The notes beneath the pieces were generated by a model that had not been told where the DNA came from, made no database searches, and was given only the letters and a program-made list of their open reading frames with translations. Source: an uncultured virus (IMG/VR IMGVR_UViG_3300007511_001983) (taxonomy: Duplodnaviria > Heunggongvirae > Uroviricota > Caudoviricetes). From it: a stretch of 64,000 nt of DNA. The first letter of the stretch is position 1. Each line of letters opens with the position of its first letter. The stretch is from positions 1 to 64,000 of the IMG/VR virus record IMGVR_UViG_3300007511_001983; one strand, 5' to 3'. Position numbers and translations under genes: made by a program. Positions 51,198-60,491 of the stretch are shown piece by piece.

Positions 51198-51606
51198 AAA
51201 AGGCTTCGTGCTGATGGTGACTTTGATGATGCTAGTGATAATCTCTCTTGTAGCAACGATGTTGTGGCATTCGTCGAATACTGAGATGCTTATTGCAGGA
51301 AATTCTCGCAGAGCTATGCATGCAAAACACTCAGCATCGTCAGGTATTAATCATTTTATGGCAATGGATTTCTATGCTGACGACGTTTATGAAATGCTAG
51401 GCAATATGAACGAAGCACAAATTATTAATACTACGACAATCCCGGGAACAAAGCAATCATATGATGTGAAGGTTACTACATGCTGTGATCAAAATGGAAA
51501 TAGATTGCGCAACGGCCTATTCAAAGTAATCAGCTCAGGATATTATGGTAATATATCGGGATCACATGCTGTTCATGTCCTCGAAGCAACAATCAAAACG
51601 GAATAA
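51154..51606 (+). CDS. PilX-like type IV minor pilin
   Basis: KKG|FVLMVTLMMLVIISL...TEMLIAGNSR...A..SA.SG. Confidence 0.7.
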   Translation: MQDETLSSISVHATKKGFVLMVTLMMLVIISLVATMLWHSSNTEMLIAGNSRRAMHAKHSASSGINHFMAMDFYADDVYEMLGNMNEAQIINTTTIPGTKQSYDVKVTTCCDQNGNRLRNGLFKVISSGYYGNISGSHAVHVLEATIKTE

Positions 51607-51612
51607 AAAATT

Positions 51613-52434
51613 ATGAGTCAAATTGAATTAAATCTAAAACCCTGGTATCAAGATCTTTGTGATTATTACAGCGTATCCCCAGAGAAAGCCCTTGAGCTAG
51701 GAACAAGAGCAACAGGAAGAAAGCCAGATTTACCAGGATCAGATACATGTGAACCTGTAGCAGACATGACATTTGAAGATATCTGGGAAAGTAAAGATAG
51801 AAAATCTGTAAAAGATGTATTCCAGTTTTATAAAGATCAAGGCGCGTGGAGCGCGTTTAGACAGTGTGTTCGTCATAAAGATTTGGTGCAATTACATTTG
51901 AATTTTTTGGCGCCGTTCCTGTCGTCAGGAGCCCATGTATGTGAGTATGGCTCGGGTGTTGCCCCGTATATGAATACATTGTTGCAAGCAATCACATCAG
52001 AATCAGATTTAGATATATCAATTGCTGATGTTGATTGTGAGCACTTTAATTTTGCAAAGTGGCGTCTAGATAAGCTTTTGAAAGATAGAAATTTAAAAAA
52101 TGTAAATCTTTTCTCTCACACAATTCAGACAGACGATTTGCCGAAATTCCATAAAAACTTAGATTTGGTAACAATTTTTGAGGTTTTAGAGCATGTGCCA
52201 GATCCAGTCGCAGTTATTAAAAATCTTTATAAACAAATGAATGAAAGCTGTGTTCTTGTAGAGAATTTTATTCTAGCACCTGACGTTCTTGAAGGTGAAG
52301 AGTTTGAAGGACCGGATTTAAAATCCGCCGCATTATTGAGAGATGAGTATCTAGATTTTGTAGAAAAGAATTTTGATTTAATTACAAAAGAAGATGCTAA
52401 TCCTAATGCAACTCGTATTTGGAAAAAGAAATAA
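51613..52434 (+). CDS. Class I SAM-dependent methyltransferase
   Basis: VCEYGSGVA, ADV, FEVLEHVPDP. Confidence 0.8.
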   Translation: MSQIELNLKPWYQDLCDYYSVSPEKALELGTRATGRKPDLPGSDTCEPVADMTFEDIWESKDRKSVKDVFQFYKDQGAWSAFRQCVRHKDLVQLHLNFLAPFLSSGAHVCEYGSGVAPYMNTLLQAITSESDLDISIADVDCEHFNFAKWRLDKLLKDRNLKNVNLFSHTIQTDDLPKFHKNLDLVTIFEVLEHVPDPVAVIKNLYKQMNESCVLVENFILAPDVLEGEEFEGPDLKSAALLRDEYLDFVEKNFDLITKEDANPNATRIWKKK

Positions 52435-52449
52435 AATTGGGCAGTAAGG

Positions 52450-52722
52450 GTGTCGAAAGACAATAGTAAAAAAAGAATCCTCAAACCTGGCATGCTCGTC
52501 AAATGTGTTGCTGGTGATCTGAGTGTGCATGAAAACGCAGTCATTGTCCGCTATCTTGACGAGGTAGAAAAAGAAGATCTCAGCATGCTCACGAACGACA
52601 GAAGTTATTCCACGAGTGACGTCGTCGAGGTGCTGGTGTCTGACGGGCTGATCGTAGTTCACGAGATATACTGCAAGCCTTATGATATCAAAGTTCCGTG
52701 GGATCACGTATTTAAAGGCTGA
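52450..52722 (+). CDS. KOW/SH3-like array protein
   Basis: LKPGMLVK. Confidence 0.55.
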   Translation: MSKDNSKKRILKPGMLVKCVAGDLSVHENAVIVRYLDEVEKEDLSMLTNDRSYSTSDVVEVLVSDGLIVVHEIYCKPYDIKVPWDHVFKG

Positions 52723-52728
52723 GTATAT

Positions 52729-52756
52729 GTGCAAACTGCTCCTCATGTAGTATAAT
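52729..52756 (+). promoter_or_regulatory. sigma70-like promoter GTGCAA-16-TATAAT
   Basis: Heads the small-gene array; SD GGAGG follows. Confidence 0.6.
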
Positions 52757-52772
52757 CACTACGGAGGCAAAC

Positions 52773-52940
52773 ATGAAGCCAGGCACATTAATCAAGCTAT
52801 CAAGTTCTACCCGAAGGGTCGGTCGTAATGCTGGTCAAGTTGGCGTCATTGTAGGGTATGATCGCTTCTCGCAATTCAGGGTTTTGATCAATGGAGAAAT
52901 TATCAAATATCATGAAACCCAAATCGAAGAAGAACTTTGA
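52773..52940 (+). CDS. KOW/SH3-like array protein (55 aa, not in ORF track)
   Basis: MKPGTLIKL...GQVGVIV...FRVLINGE. Confidence 0.6.
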   Translation: MKPGTLIKLSSSTRRVGRNAGQVGVIVGYDRFSQFRVLINGEIIKYHETQIEEEL

Positions 52941-53176
52941 ACACTCCTCGCCACCCACCAATCCAAGCCGGCGATCTAATCGAATTCATCGGTAACGATA
53001 TAAGCAACTTCCGAAAAGGCGCCCAAGTAAAGCGAACCCTCGCTGTAGTTCTCACTGATGTCGATTCTGCTAACTGGTGGGATTACCGCGTAGACCTCCC
53101 CTGGGAAGGAACCAGGGTTAACGGTGTATATACTAGCCCTTATCACCCGGAGCTATTATCAAATGAAGAAGGGTGA
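52937..53176 (+). CDS. KOW/SH3-like array protein
   Basis: IQAGDLIEF. Confidence 0.55.
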   Translation: MNTPRHPPIQAGDLIEFIGNDISNFRKGAQVKRTLAVVLTDVDSANWWDYRVDLPWEGTRVNGVYTSPYHPELLSNEEG

Positions 53177-53360
53177 TATGATAAAGTTCCTCGACATCTC
53201 GTTCGAGAGTGGTCTAAAGTTTGTCATCCCATCAGGTCAAAGGATCGGGATCATAATCAGAGAATCGTCTGATAAATCCGAATATGACGTTCAATTCCAC
53301 GACGGAAAACGAATATGGGTCAACGCAGAAAACCTGGAGGTTGTAAGTGAAGCCCGGTGA
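53163..53360 (+). CDS. KOW/SH3-like array protein
   Basis: MKKGDMIKF. Confidence 0.6.
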   Translation: MKKGDMIKFLDISFESGLKFVIPSGQRIGIIIRESSDKSEYDVQFHDGKRIWVNAENLEVVSEAR

Positions 53361-53583
53361 TATCGTTAAATCAAATACGTCGTCAGCCCCCTGGTGGATG
53401 TCCGGTCAATGTGGGATCGTCACAGCATTTCACCCTTTGCCAAAGCCTTTACGTGATTATAGAAACAATAAAGACATCCAGCCAGGTCCAGCCGCTGATG
53501 TTAGGTGGTTAAAGAGCGGCCGCACAAGTAACACCTCAGTTTCAATGCTTGATATTGTTATGAGTAAAGATGAGAATCAATAG
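53347..53583 (+). CDS. KOW/SH3-like array protein
   Basis: MKPGDIVKS. Confidence 0.6.
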   Translation: MKPGDIVKSNTSSAPWWMSGQCGIVTAFHPLPKPLRDYRNNKDIQPGPAADVRWLKSGRTSNTSVSMLDIVMSKDENQ

Positions 53584-53586
53584 AAG

Positions 53587-53814
53587 ATGATTGATATTCA
53601 TTACAACGACTTCAAAACCGGAGACATGGTTCAAATGCTAAGCACGGATGCATTTGGTATCGTTACTGTAGTTGATGTTGATGATGCTGGCACAAACTTT
53701 TATTACGTTATGTGGATGTCTGGTGAAGATCTTGTTTCTCCGCCCTTCGAAGATATCGCGTGGGGTGAAGACTTGACTTTGATTTCGCGAGGAGACAAAA
53801 ATGAAAAAAGGTGA
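53587..53814 (+). CDS. KOW/SH3-like array protein
   Basis: FKTGDMVQM. Confidence 0.6.
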   Translation: MIDIHYNDFKTGDMVQMLSTDAFGIVTVVDVDDAGTNFYYVMWMSGEDLVSPPFEDIAWGEDLTLISRGDKNEKR

Positions 53815-54022
53815 TCTAGTCTGGGCGACAAGGGTGTGGTCTGGCAAGACTGGCACAGTTGGAATATGGAAAGAGGTTGAGCCTTTGCTGGCAGTAATCT
53901 GCGATGTTGATGTTTCACTTGAGTATGAAGAAGACGAATTAGGCTATAGGCTGTTGATTGACGGAAAGAAGAGCGATGCAATTTACTGCGAGTCAGATCT
54001 GGAGTTGGTAGAAAATGCTTAA
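53801..54022 (+). CDS. KOW/SH3-like array protein
   Basis: MKKGDLVWA. Confidence 0.6.
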   Translation: MKKGDLVWATRVWSGKTGTVGIWKEVEPLLAVICDVDVSLEYEEDELGYRLLIDGKKSDAIYCESDLELVENA

Positions 54023-54209
54023 ACCCGGCGATCTCGTTCAAATTAGAGACACCCCCTCGACTGGCCCATTCAAAGGTTTTGTTACTAAAGTTGAATCAGG
54101 GTTTTATAAGAGCCACGATGGGGTGTTTTGTTCTCGTCTAACAATCCTTTGGAGTGATGGTTCAAAGACTAGCGATCCTGAACCCTATGTTTGTAAGATC
54201 GATGTTTAA
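54015..54209 (+). CDS. KOW/SH3-like array protein
   Basis: LKPGDLVQI. Confidence 0.6.
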   Translation: MLKPGDLVQIRDTPSTGPFKGFVTKVESGFYKSHDGVFCSRLTILWSDGSKTSDPEPYVCKIDV

Positions 54210-54405
54210 GCCCGGAGACTTCATCAAAGTCAATATATCAGATCAACAATTCCTTCCAAGCTGGCTTCAAGGAAAACTTGCGGTAGTTATAAAAAAGAGG
54301 GATGCACAAGGACCCAGTGAAAATAATTTATACCGTGTTCTAATAAAGGGCGAGCAATGGGTCGTTGCTGAAAAACACTCGTGGAGGATCGATGAAAGAT
54401 TCTAA
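54202..54405 (+). CDS. KOW/SH3-like array protein
   Basis: MFKPGDFIKV. Confidence 0.6.
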   Translation: MFKPGDFIKVNISDQQFLPSWLQGKLAVVIKKRDAQGPSENNLYRVLIKGEQWVVAEKHSWRIDERF

Positions 54406-54637
54406 TAGCAGCCAGGCACTTGTCAAAGGCGACATGGTCAAATACACGGGAAACTGGGACGGTTCAAAGTTCAAGCATGGTATCGTTATTGAAGGGCCAT
54501 TCGTGATGGATTTTGCGTTCTCCGTTGCTGGAAAAGAAGCAGAACCTGAATTTGTCAATGTTAAGTGGTGGAAAACTGACGGAACAATCAGAACCCAGAC
54601 AGATTCAATCTATAATCTGGTGAAGGTTAATGAATAA
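54392..54637 (+). CDS. KOW/SH3-like array protein
   Basis: LVKGDMVKY. Confidence 0.6.
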   Translation: MKDSNSSQALVKGDMVKYTGNWDGSKFKHGIVIEGPFVMDFAFSVAGKEAEPEFVNVKWWKTDGTIRTQTDSIYNLVKVNE

Positions 54638-54638
54638 T

Positions 54639-54666
54639 GTGTAAACCGCAGAGGGTTACATATAAT
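54639..54666 (+). promoter_or_regulatory. sigma70-like promoter GTGTAA-16-TATAAT
   Basis: Internal to the array. Confidence 0.6.
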
Positions 54667-54685
54667 ACCTATAAAGGATTCATAT

Positions 54686-54961
54686 ATGAAAAAAGGTGAC
54701 TTAGTTTATTTCTCAGAAGTCAAAGCAAAGCCCGATGACTACATCAACTCTCCTCGATTCTGGTCTGACGAAGACGATCAAAGGATTCAGCCGGGCACAA
54801 AGGGCATGATCATATCCTCAGAGATCATAGAGTGCCCACCAGGTGATTTCGACCCTCTAAATGAGTTTCCATACACAGTATTCACTGTCCTTCTAGAAGA
54901 CGGTGTCATGACCCGTGGCTGGACAGCGGGGGCGTTGATCAAGCTCCCAGAGATCAAATGA
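54686..54961 (+). CDS. KOW/SH3-like array protein
   Basis: MKKGDLVYF. Confidence 0.6.
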   Translation: MKKGDLVYFSEVKAKPDDYINSPRFWSDEDDQRIQPGTKGMIISSEIIECPPGDFDPLNEFPYTVFTVLLEDGVMTRGWTAGALIKLPEIK

Positions 54962-55164
54962 TCATACAAGGCGACCTAGTCAGAATTCAAACCGGATTAC
55001 CTCCTTCACCGTATTACAATAGTGTTATGTCAAAAAAGGCATTTGAAAACCCAATGTTTGTTACAGGTTTAATCTTTAGATACGACCAAAAATTATACGC
55101 AAAAGTTTTAAATGCAGACAAGAAACTAATAGACGTCTATATCGAACATTTGGAGAAGATATAA
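54958..55164 (+). CDS. KOW/SH3-like array protein
   Basis: IIQGDLVRI. Confidence 0.55.
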   Translation: MIIQGDLVRIQTGLPPSPYYNSVMSKKAFENPMFVTGLIFRYDQKLYAKVLNADKKLIDVYIEHLEKI

Positions 55165-55331
55165 TGAAAAACACATTCAAACCGGGAGATCTTGTACAAA
55201 TGATGTTTGGGCCAGAACATGAACCCGGGATTATAGTTGAAAAATCAAACACCAGCTTATTTCGTGTGCTTATTAGTGGTGAAATCTATCGATCGTCTGA
55301 ATCAATGCTGACGCATGCCCAAGATGAATAG
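55164..55331 (+). CDS. KOW/SH3-like array protein (55 aa, not in ORF track)
   Basis: FKPGDLVQM...PGIIV...FRVLISGE. Confidence 0.6.
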   Translation: MKNTFKPGDLVQMMFGPEHEPGIIVEKSNTSLFRVLISGEIYRSSESMLTHAQDE

Positions 55332-55584
55332 GTTCACCCCCGGCGACCTAATCCAGGTATTCGACAATTCAGCCCTTGCAAACCGACAACCATATCCAGT
55401 TATCCATCCATATCACAAACAAAAGGGTATCGTAATCAAAACACTTGTAATCCAGGATCCCGAAAGGACATCATCATTCGACGCATTGATGAGCGCGATC
55501 TCGGGTGAATGGCTTGTAGAATGCTTGATTGATGGGGAAATTACCTCTATTGAACCAGAATATCTTAGGCTGGCAGATCAATGA
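55315..55584 (+). CDS. KOW/SH3-like array protein
   Basis: FTPGDLIQV. Confidence 0.6.
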   Translation: MPKMNRFTPGDLIQVFDNSALANRQPYPVIHPYHKQKGIVIKTLVIQDPERTSSFDALMSAISGEWLVECLIDGEITSIEPEYLRLADQ

Positions 55585-55796
55585 AACCAGGGGATCTTGT
55601 CTCATCAGCCATTAATCTGCTATATAGAGGAATAATCTTATCACGTGAAGAGGATGACTATAAACAAAATGATTCATACGATCAAACACACTCAGTTAAA
55701 AAGTTCGAAACGTTCCAGGTTTTCTGGTTTGCAGATCGAAAAATATTTAAACACTCACCGCAACAACTGATTCCTGTAAAAGATGTCGCCGAGTAG
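55581..55796 (+). CDS. KOW/SH3-like array protein
   Basis: MKPGDLVSS. Confidence 0.6.
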   Translation: MKPGDLVSSAINLLYRGIILSREEDDYKQNDSYDQTHSVKKFETFQVFWFADRKIFKHSPQQLIPVKDVAE

Positions 55797-55808
55797 ATAT
55801 AATAAAAA

Positions 55809-56060
55809 ATGGTGGGTTTCGTAACAATGTTCAAAGACGAGGAAGACAAACTGCAACCTGGTGATATGGTCAAGGTAGGATTCTTTCCGCCTCACAAAAA
55901 AGTCACTGGGCTATACATCACGACCGGCGTAATCGTCGAGAGGTTCAAGACAAAGGGTGATCGACTCGGGAAAGACAGGTTTAAAGTTCTCGTTGAAGGA
56001 AAGCTATTCAAGACACCTCACATCAAACTAATCGAGAAGATAGAAGATGAAGAGCTTTAA
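55809..56060 (+). CDS. KOW/SH3-like array protein
   Basis: LQPGDMVKV. Confidence 0.6.
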   Translation: MVGFVTMFKDEEDKLQPGDMVKVGFFPPHKKVTGLYITTGVIVERFKTKGDRLGKDRFKVLVEGKLFKTPHIKLIEKIEDEEL

Positions 56061-56244
56061 AAAAGGTGATCTGGTTCGGTCAATCATGTCACACTACTTC
56101 TCAACTGTCACGATTGAGGCTGGAGACATAGGGTTTGTTACAAAAATAAACGTAGAGCCAGGAATAACGACTGCGATCTGCCTAATCAACGGTGTCAATG
56201 ATACTGAGTTCTATTTTGAAGAGTTGGAGTTGGCAAATGGTTAA
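56047..56244 (+). CDS. KOW/SH3-like array protein
   Basis: FKKGDLVRS. Confidence 0.6.
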   Translation: MKSFKKGDLVRSIMSHYFSTVTIEAGDIGFVTKINVEPGITTAICLINGVNDTEFYFEELELANG

Positions 56245-56512
56245 AGGATCTTTCGTCAAAATAATGGATCAAAACGGATCTACTATCGATAGCAAAATCT
56301 ATATCGAAGAAGTGATCCCATACGAGATGCTAAAGAAAGAACCCGATAACGAACACATAAAAGATCGAGTTGTGTCTTGTCGTATGAAGATGACAACTTA
56401 TGATACTGAGGGAAAGCACTTCAATCACAGGCATCACGCAGTTCTTGCGGAAGGTCAAATAAAATACTATAATACGAGTTACTTCACATTGATGCCTGCG
56501 GAGGAATCATGA
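56237..56512 (+). CDS. KOW/SH3-like array protein
   Basis: MVKGSFVKI. Confidence 0.5.
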   Translation: MVKGSFVKIMDQNGSTIDSKIYIEEVIPYEMLKKEPDNEHIKDRVVSCRMKMTTYDTEGKHFNHRHHAVLAEGQIKYYNTSYFTLMPAEES

Positions 56513-56718
56513 ACAGAGGTGATCTCGTAAGATGCTACGTTCACCCTGATAAGTTCATCCACAAAAGCAAGATCAAAGATATCGTTGGTGTCTTGATTAG
56601 TCATAAAAGGTTTAAGTCGAAGATCACCAAAAACTGGGATAATGAGTTTCAAGTTTTGTCACAAGGTAAGATCCGACGAGTAACTACTGAGCTATATAAG
56701 ATTGAGAAAATAGAATGA
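56509..56718 (+). CDS. KOW/SH3-like array protein
   Basis: MNRGDLVRC. Confidence 0.6.
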   Translation: MNRGDLVRCYVHPDKFIHKSKIKDIVGVLISHKRFKSKITKNWDNEFQVLSQGKIRRVTTELYKIEKIE

Positions 56719-56945
56719 ACAACTACTTCCGTGGTGATATTATAAAGATAGTAGAGCTCTATCAGGACAGAGAGACGCTGTATTGGAATCCGATCAGAGA
56801 TACAGTAGGCTTGTTGTTGGAGGAAATCGACGATGATCTGATGCAGGTGTTGGTTGCTGGCAGAAAAGAGACACATGATATCGGGCGAGGGCCCTACACG
56901 AGATACAAAGTGGAAGTGATAAGCAAAGGAAACATCAATGAATAA
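56715..56945 (+). CDS. KOW/SH3-like array protein
   Basis: YFRGDIIKI. Confidence 0.55.
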   Translation: MNNYFRGDIIKIVELYQDRETLYWNPIRDTVGLLLEEIDDDLMQVLVAGRKETHDIGRGPYTRYKVEVISKGNINE

Positions 56946-57105
56946 CGAAGATAGAGAGACAGCATACTTGCACCAGGTCAGTGATATCCTGAATGAACTC
57001 CGAGATGTGCTAGCAGTAACACATGAGTATCACGGAGATCTGAGGTCCTTGCGCAAGCTGATGAATGAGTTTGATGATTGTAACTATGGTTCAAACCTTA
57101 GCTAG
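56938..57105 (+). CDS. Small hypothetical protein (55 aa, not in ORF track)
   Basis: MNNEDRETAY...; SD AAGGA; fills the gap. Confidence 0.45.
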   Translation: MNNEDRETAYLHQVSDILNELRDVLAVTHEYHGDLRSLRKLMNEFDDCNYGSNLS

Positions 57106-57343
57106 CTGGTACGTGTATCTGGTGAAATGTGGCGATGGTTCTCTTTACTGCGGTATCACGACAAACATTGAGCGACGATTAAAGGAACACAACTCCGGCT
57201 CAAAGGGTGCCAAATATACACGATCTCGCCGCCCAGTCAGCTTAGTTCACGTCGAGCCATCAGAAAACCGATCGACTGCATCACGCCGGGAGGCACAAAT
57301 CAAAAAGTTGACACGCAAGCAGAAAGAAGAGCTGATTAAATGA
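57065..57343 (+). CDS. GIY-YIG nuclease (YhbQ/UPF0213-like)
   Basis: YVYLVKC.DGSLYCGIT..IERRL.EHN...GAKYTRSRRPV. Confidence 0.9.
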   Translation: MSLMIVTMVQTLASWYVYLVKCGDGSLYCGITTNIERRLKEHNSGSKGAKYTRSRRPVSLVHVEPSENRSTASRREAQIKKLTRKQKEELIK

Positions 57344-58044
57344 CACGCAAATATAAGACTGAGCAGGTTTATTACAGTGATTGGAATGATAAACTCGCGC
57401 CAGGGCATGAAGATTACTGGAACAAGATTAGCATCATCGCTGAGTGGATCGGATATGCGCTGGAAGCATCAATCTCAGGCTATAGTCCGATGTGGAATCA
57501 TCTTGCAACCATCACAGTTCAGCAGACCAAAGAAAAGTTCGGCCAGGCAAGAGTACACACTAACCTTGCTACCCACGAACATGTTGAGCAGCAGTGGAAA
57601 GAAGACCTCACCGATGCCAAGGAAAAGAACAATAGATATCATCGATGGGTGTCCGGCGATCTTGATGAGGAGAACCACAAGGAAATCACGCCGCACATTC
57701 TCAGCTCATTTAAATACAATACCTACCCACTCGATGAACCTACACTTGAAGAGCATGAACAACAATGTCGTGAATATGATTCTGCGCATTATCGACACGT
57801 ATATCAGCAGGCATTTACACTCTGGCCTGAATATGAATACGCAATCTGGTCCGGCGCTGATCACCCCAACTACTTGTTCAATGATATCGAGGAGCTCGAA
57901 GAATACTATGCTAAGCAAGTCGATGATATAAATGAAAGTAGCTACCTAACTGACGATGACAAAGTTGTAGCAACTACCCGATACGAAGAAGAAAAGGCAT
58001 ATGCAATGACTGTCTGCAGGTTCGGAGATCAAAAGGATGTTTAA
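57340..58044 (+). CDS. Hypothetical protein
   Basis: QTKEKFG motif; overlapping operon ORF. Confidence 0.55.
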   Translation: MTRKYKTEQVYYSDWNDKLAPGHEDYWNKISIIAEWIGYALEASISGYSPMWNHLATITVQQTKEKFGQARVHTNLATHEHVEQQWKEDLTDAKEKNNRYHRWVSGDLDEENHKEITPHILSSFKYNTYPLDEPTLEEHEQQCREYDSAHYRHVYQQAFTLWPEYEYAIWSGADHPNYLFNDIEELEEYYAKQVDDINESSYLTDDDKVVATTRYEEEKAYAMTVCRFGDQKDV

Positions 58045-58198
58045 AGTCGGCGCCAAAGTTCACCACAAGTCAGCAACGCATCGAATCGGCAAAGTTATTC
58101 AGTCATGCGACTCGGGGCCCTGCAAAATTCTGTGGGAAGGAAATACAAAAGCAGTATGGATTCATGAGCATGCACTGATTCTTTGTGAGACCAAATGA
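58037..58198 (+). CDS. KOW/SH3-like protein (53 aa, not in ORF track)
   Basis: MFKVGAKVHH...IGKVI...ILW. Confidence 0.55.
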   Translation: MFKVGAKVHHKSATHRIGKVIQSCDSGPCKILWEGNTKAVWIHEHALILCETK

Positions 58199-58935
58199 GC
58201 ATAGGCAAGACAGTTAATGATCTGTATCAGCTCCTCGGGCTTGAGCATCCACGCATCTGGACCAAGTCAAAGATCAAGCACAATAAAATGGGAGGATATT
58301 CTGAGTGCAACTATATGCGACAAACCGGTCGATCTACGCTTAATTGTTTGACTGCGATTGCCCACTTGATGACGGGTGACGATGTCTTGATCCCTGTCCC
58401 AATCGCTCATAGTAAGCGAGTTCAATCCACATTTATTGAAAACATCCTAGCAAAGCTGTCAATCCCAGTCAAAAAATCAAAACGATCGTCAGGCTATCTA
58501 CAAATTGCGGATGGTGCACAAGTTCATTTTGCCTCAATGTCAAGATTGCGCAGATCAGGGGTCACTCATCAGACAGGCCTAGGCGAAGAGCTGAGAGGAA
58601 GAACTGTCGATGTAATCCTTCCAGACAATGCTCTCTTCGATATAATTAATACGACACCGGTGATTGAAGAACGACCCGACGAATTAGTGTTTCTTGACGA
58701 GTGTGAACGTGTATTAGATTACGAGAAAAGAACGATGATAGATACAAAAACATTCACAACAAATTATGGCGAGGTGTTCAGAAACGGTGACCTGATAGAA
58801 CACGGCGATTCAGCAGCAATGATCATAAATCTGTATGAAGGTCGATACAATATGACTGTCCTTATCGACGGCCAAAAGAGATCATGGGTTCGCCAAGATT
58901 TAAATTTGATGCTTAAATGCACTGACGAGGATTGA
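58195..58935 (+). CDS. Hypothetical protein with degenerate P-loop-like RQTGRS and C-terminal KOW-like unit
   Basis: MRQTGRST, LRGR.VD, FRNGDLIEH. Confidence 0.45.
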   Translation: MSIGKTVNDLYQLLGLEHPRIWTKSKIKHNKMGGYSECNYMRQTGRSTLNCLTAIAHLMTGDDVLIPVPIAHSKRVQSTFIENILAKLSIPVKKSKRSSGYLQIADGAQVHFASMSRLRRSGVTHQTGLGEELRGRTVDVILPDNALFDIINTTPVIEERPDELVFLDECERVLDYEKRTMIDTKTFTTNYGEVFRNGDLIEHGDSAAMIINLYEGRYNMTVLIDGQKRSWVRQDLNLMLKCTDED

Positions 58936-58960
58936 ACACCGACCACCCGTAGGTTATAAT
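58932..58960 (+). promoter_or_regulatory. sigma70 promoter TTGAAC-17-TATAAT
   Basis: Near-consensus; SD GGAGGT follows. Confidence 0.65.
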
Positions 58961-58980
58961 AATACATAATGGAGGTGTCT

Positions 58981-59463
58981 ATGGCTAACCTGAAGTGTAG
59001 CATTCTAACATCTGATCGTAAAGAGGAGTTCAAGGATGCATTCAAGCATGCTCGATCATTCTCAGACTACGACCTGACCCAGCATTCAGAGTCAGTATAC
59101 TTTGCAAACACCAAATCACCTTACCTTTTTTGGTCTCATGCCGACTACCCGCTGGTCCTAGCGGGCGATGGGCGCAAGACAAACTTAAGCAAGATCGGCA
59201 AGTTCACCGGCGGCATGGACGAGGTGATTGAAGCACTCGACGTCATGACCTTCTTGCTTACACGCGAGAACGCATACATTCTGCACCTCGACCCGCATAC
59301 CAAAGATCTCTATCGGACAATGGTGCCCAAGATCCGCAAGGTCCAGGTCACCAAAGAGCTCAAGGGCCTCAAGACGATGTCTGAACTCGAAGATCTGCGA
59401 GAGGTCAAACGAAAAGAATACGAGGCCAAGAAAGCTGACGCAGAGGCAGAAGTAGAGGCATGA
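58981..59463 (+). CDS. Hypothetical early protein
   Basis: ATG 58981 with SD GGAGGT. Confidence 0.6.
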   Translation: MANLKCSILTSDRKEEFKDAFKHARSFSDYDLTQHSESVYFANTKSPYLFWSHADYPLVLAGDGRKTNLSKIGKFTGGMDEVIEALDVMTFLLTRENAYILHLDPHTKDLYRTMVPKIRKVQVTKELKGLKTMSELEDLREVKRKEYEAKKADAEAEVEA

Positions 59464-59511
59464 CCCCGCAAGAACTAGTTGGTATCATTACACTAACAAT
59501 CATCGCCGGCA

Positions 59512-59811
59512 TTGCATTGCAGATTCACATACTCAGAATGCTGTCTCGCAAGAACAAAGACGACGATGAATCTAAATAAGAAGCAGCAGATTCTACTCGA
59601 CAACACGTTTGCAGATGCAAAAGAGTTCTTAGCAAATCGTGCCCCTCATCTGACAAAAGAGGATATCTCAAACGAGCTTAGGTGGTTCGGGCAATATGAT
59701 ATAATTGAAAAGAAAGCCGGATACCCTGAGTCACTCAAGCTTATGTGGTATTGGCGCGAGATGGCAGATGAATTGCTAGAAGGAATAGAAGAAGATGAAC
59801 AAAACCAATAA
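59512..59811 (+). CDS. Hypothetical protein
   Basis: Probable true start at internal MNLNKK. Confidence 0.45.
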   Translation: MHCRFTYSECCLARTKTTMNLNKKQQILLDNTFADAKEFLANRAPHLTKEDISNELRWFGQYDIIEKKAGYPESLKLMWYWREMADELLEGIEEDEQNQ

Positions 59812-60265
59812 GCAAAAGTTTAAAGACCTAGCTGATCTCGCTATAGAGATAGCAAAAGAAAACACTGTCCCATGGTTGAAGAGCCGAGTCACTGAACTTG
59901 AAGATGAGCTTTTGTGCATAGAGGGTAGTTTAATTGCTGAAGAGGGTGAAACGAGAGCTTTAAAAGGCGAGCTTGAGGAAGTTAATCATCTTTGGGCGAT
60001 CTGCAGTGACCGCCTCGACTGGCTCGAAGAAAAGATGGAAGTATATGAAAAGCATTCCGGCACCGTGCTAAGGATGCACTCAGATTACTACCGCGAGTTC
60101 TTTGACATCAAAGAAGATTATGCTTATAAAAGTTCAGGCAAATCCAGGCCAGCAAATACGGCAAGGGTAACGAAAGAATTCCAAATGATCCTGGACGACG
60201 GAATGGTTCGTGCAGCCAAAAAATGGGCAGGCAAAGATAGGGAAGGGGGTGATGAAGATGAGTGA
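59795..60265 (+). CDS. Coiled-coil hypothetical protein
   Basis: Operon ORF. Confidence 0.5.
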   Translation: MNKTNKQKFKDLADLAIEIAKENTVPWLKSRVTELEDELLCIEGSLIAEEGETRALKGELEEVNHLWAICSDRLDWLEEKMEVYEKHSGTVLRMHSDYYREFFDIKEDYAYKSSGKSRPANTARVTKEFQMILDDGMVRAAKKWAGKDREGGDEDE

Positions 60266-60491
60266 GATTCAAAAAGGAGATCTGGTGAGATTAACACCCA
60301 TTAATAATAACGATGTTCTATCCGTATTCACCGTGAACAGCTCTCCTATGATCGGAACTGTGATAGAACTTAACACAGAAACGGATGGAGGATTCTCGCT
60401 ATCTGGACATGGGCACGCAACATATCTGGCTGGTGGCGAGTTGAAAATCCTAGATAAGGGAATGTGGCGCGCGAAGAAAATAAAAGAATGA
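60258..60491 (+). CDS. KOW/SH3-like protein
   Basis: IQKGDLVRL...IGTVI. Confidence 0.55.
   Translation: MSEIQKGDLVRLTPINNNDVLSVFTVNSSPMIGTVIELNTETDGGFSLSGHGHATYLAGGELKILDKGMWRAKKIKE

Noticed and set aside
58195..58935. Terminase large subunit
   Set aside because: RQTGRS lacks the Walker A Lys, the protein is too short, and there is no nuclease domain
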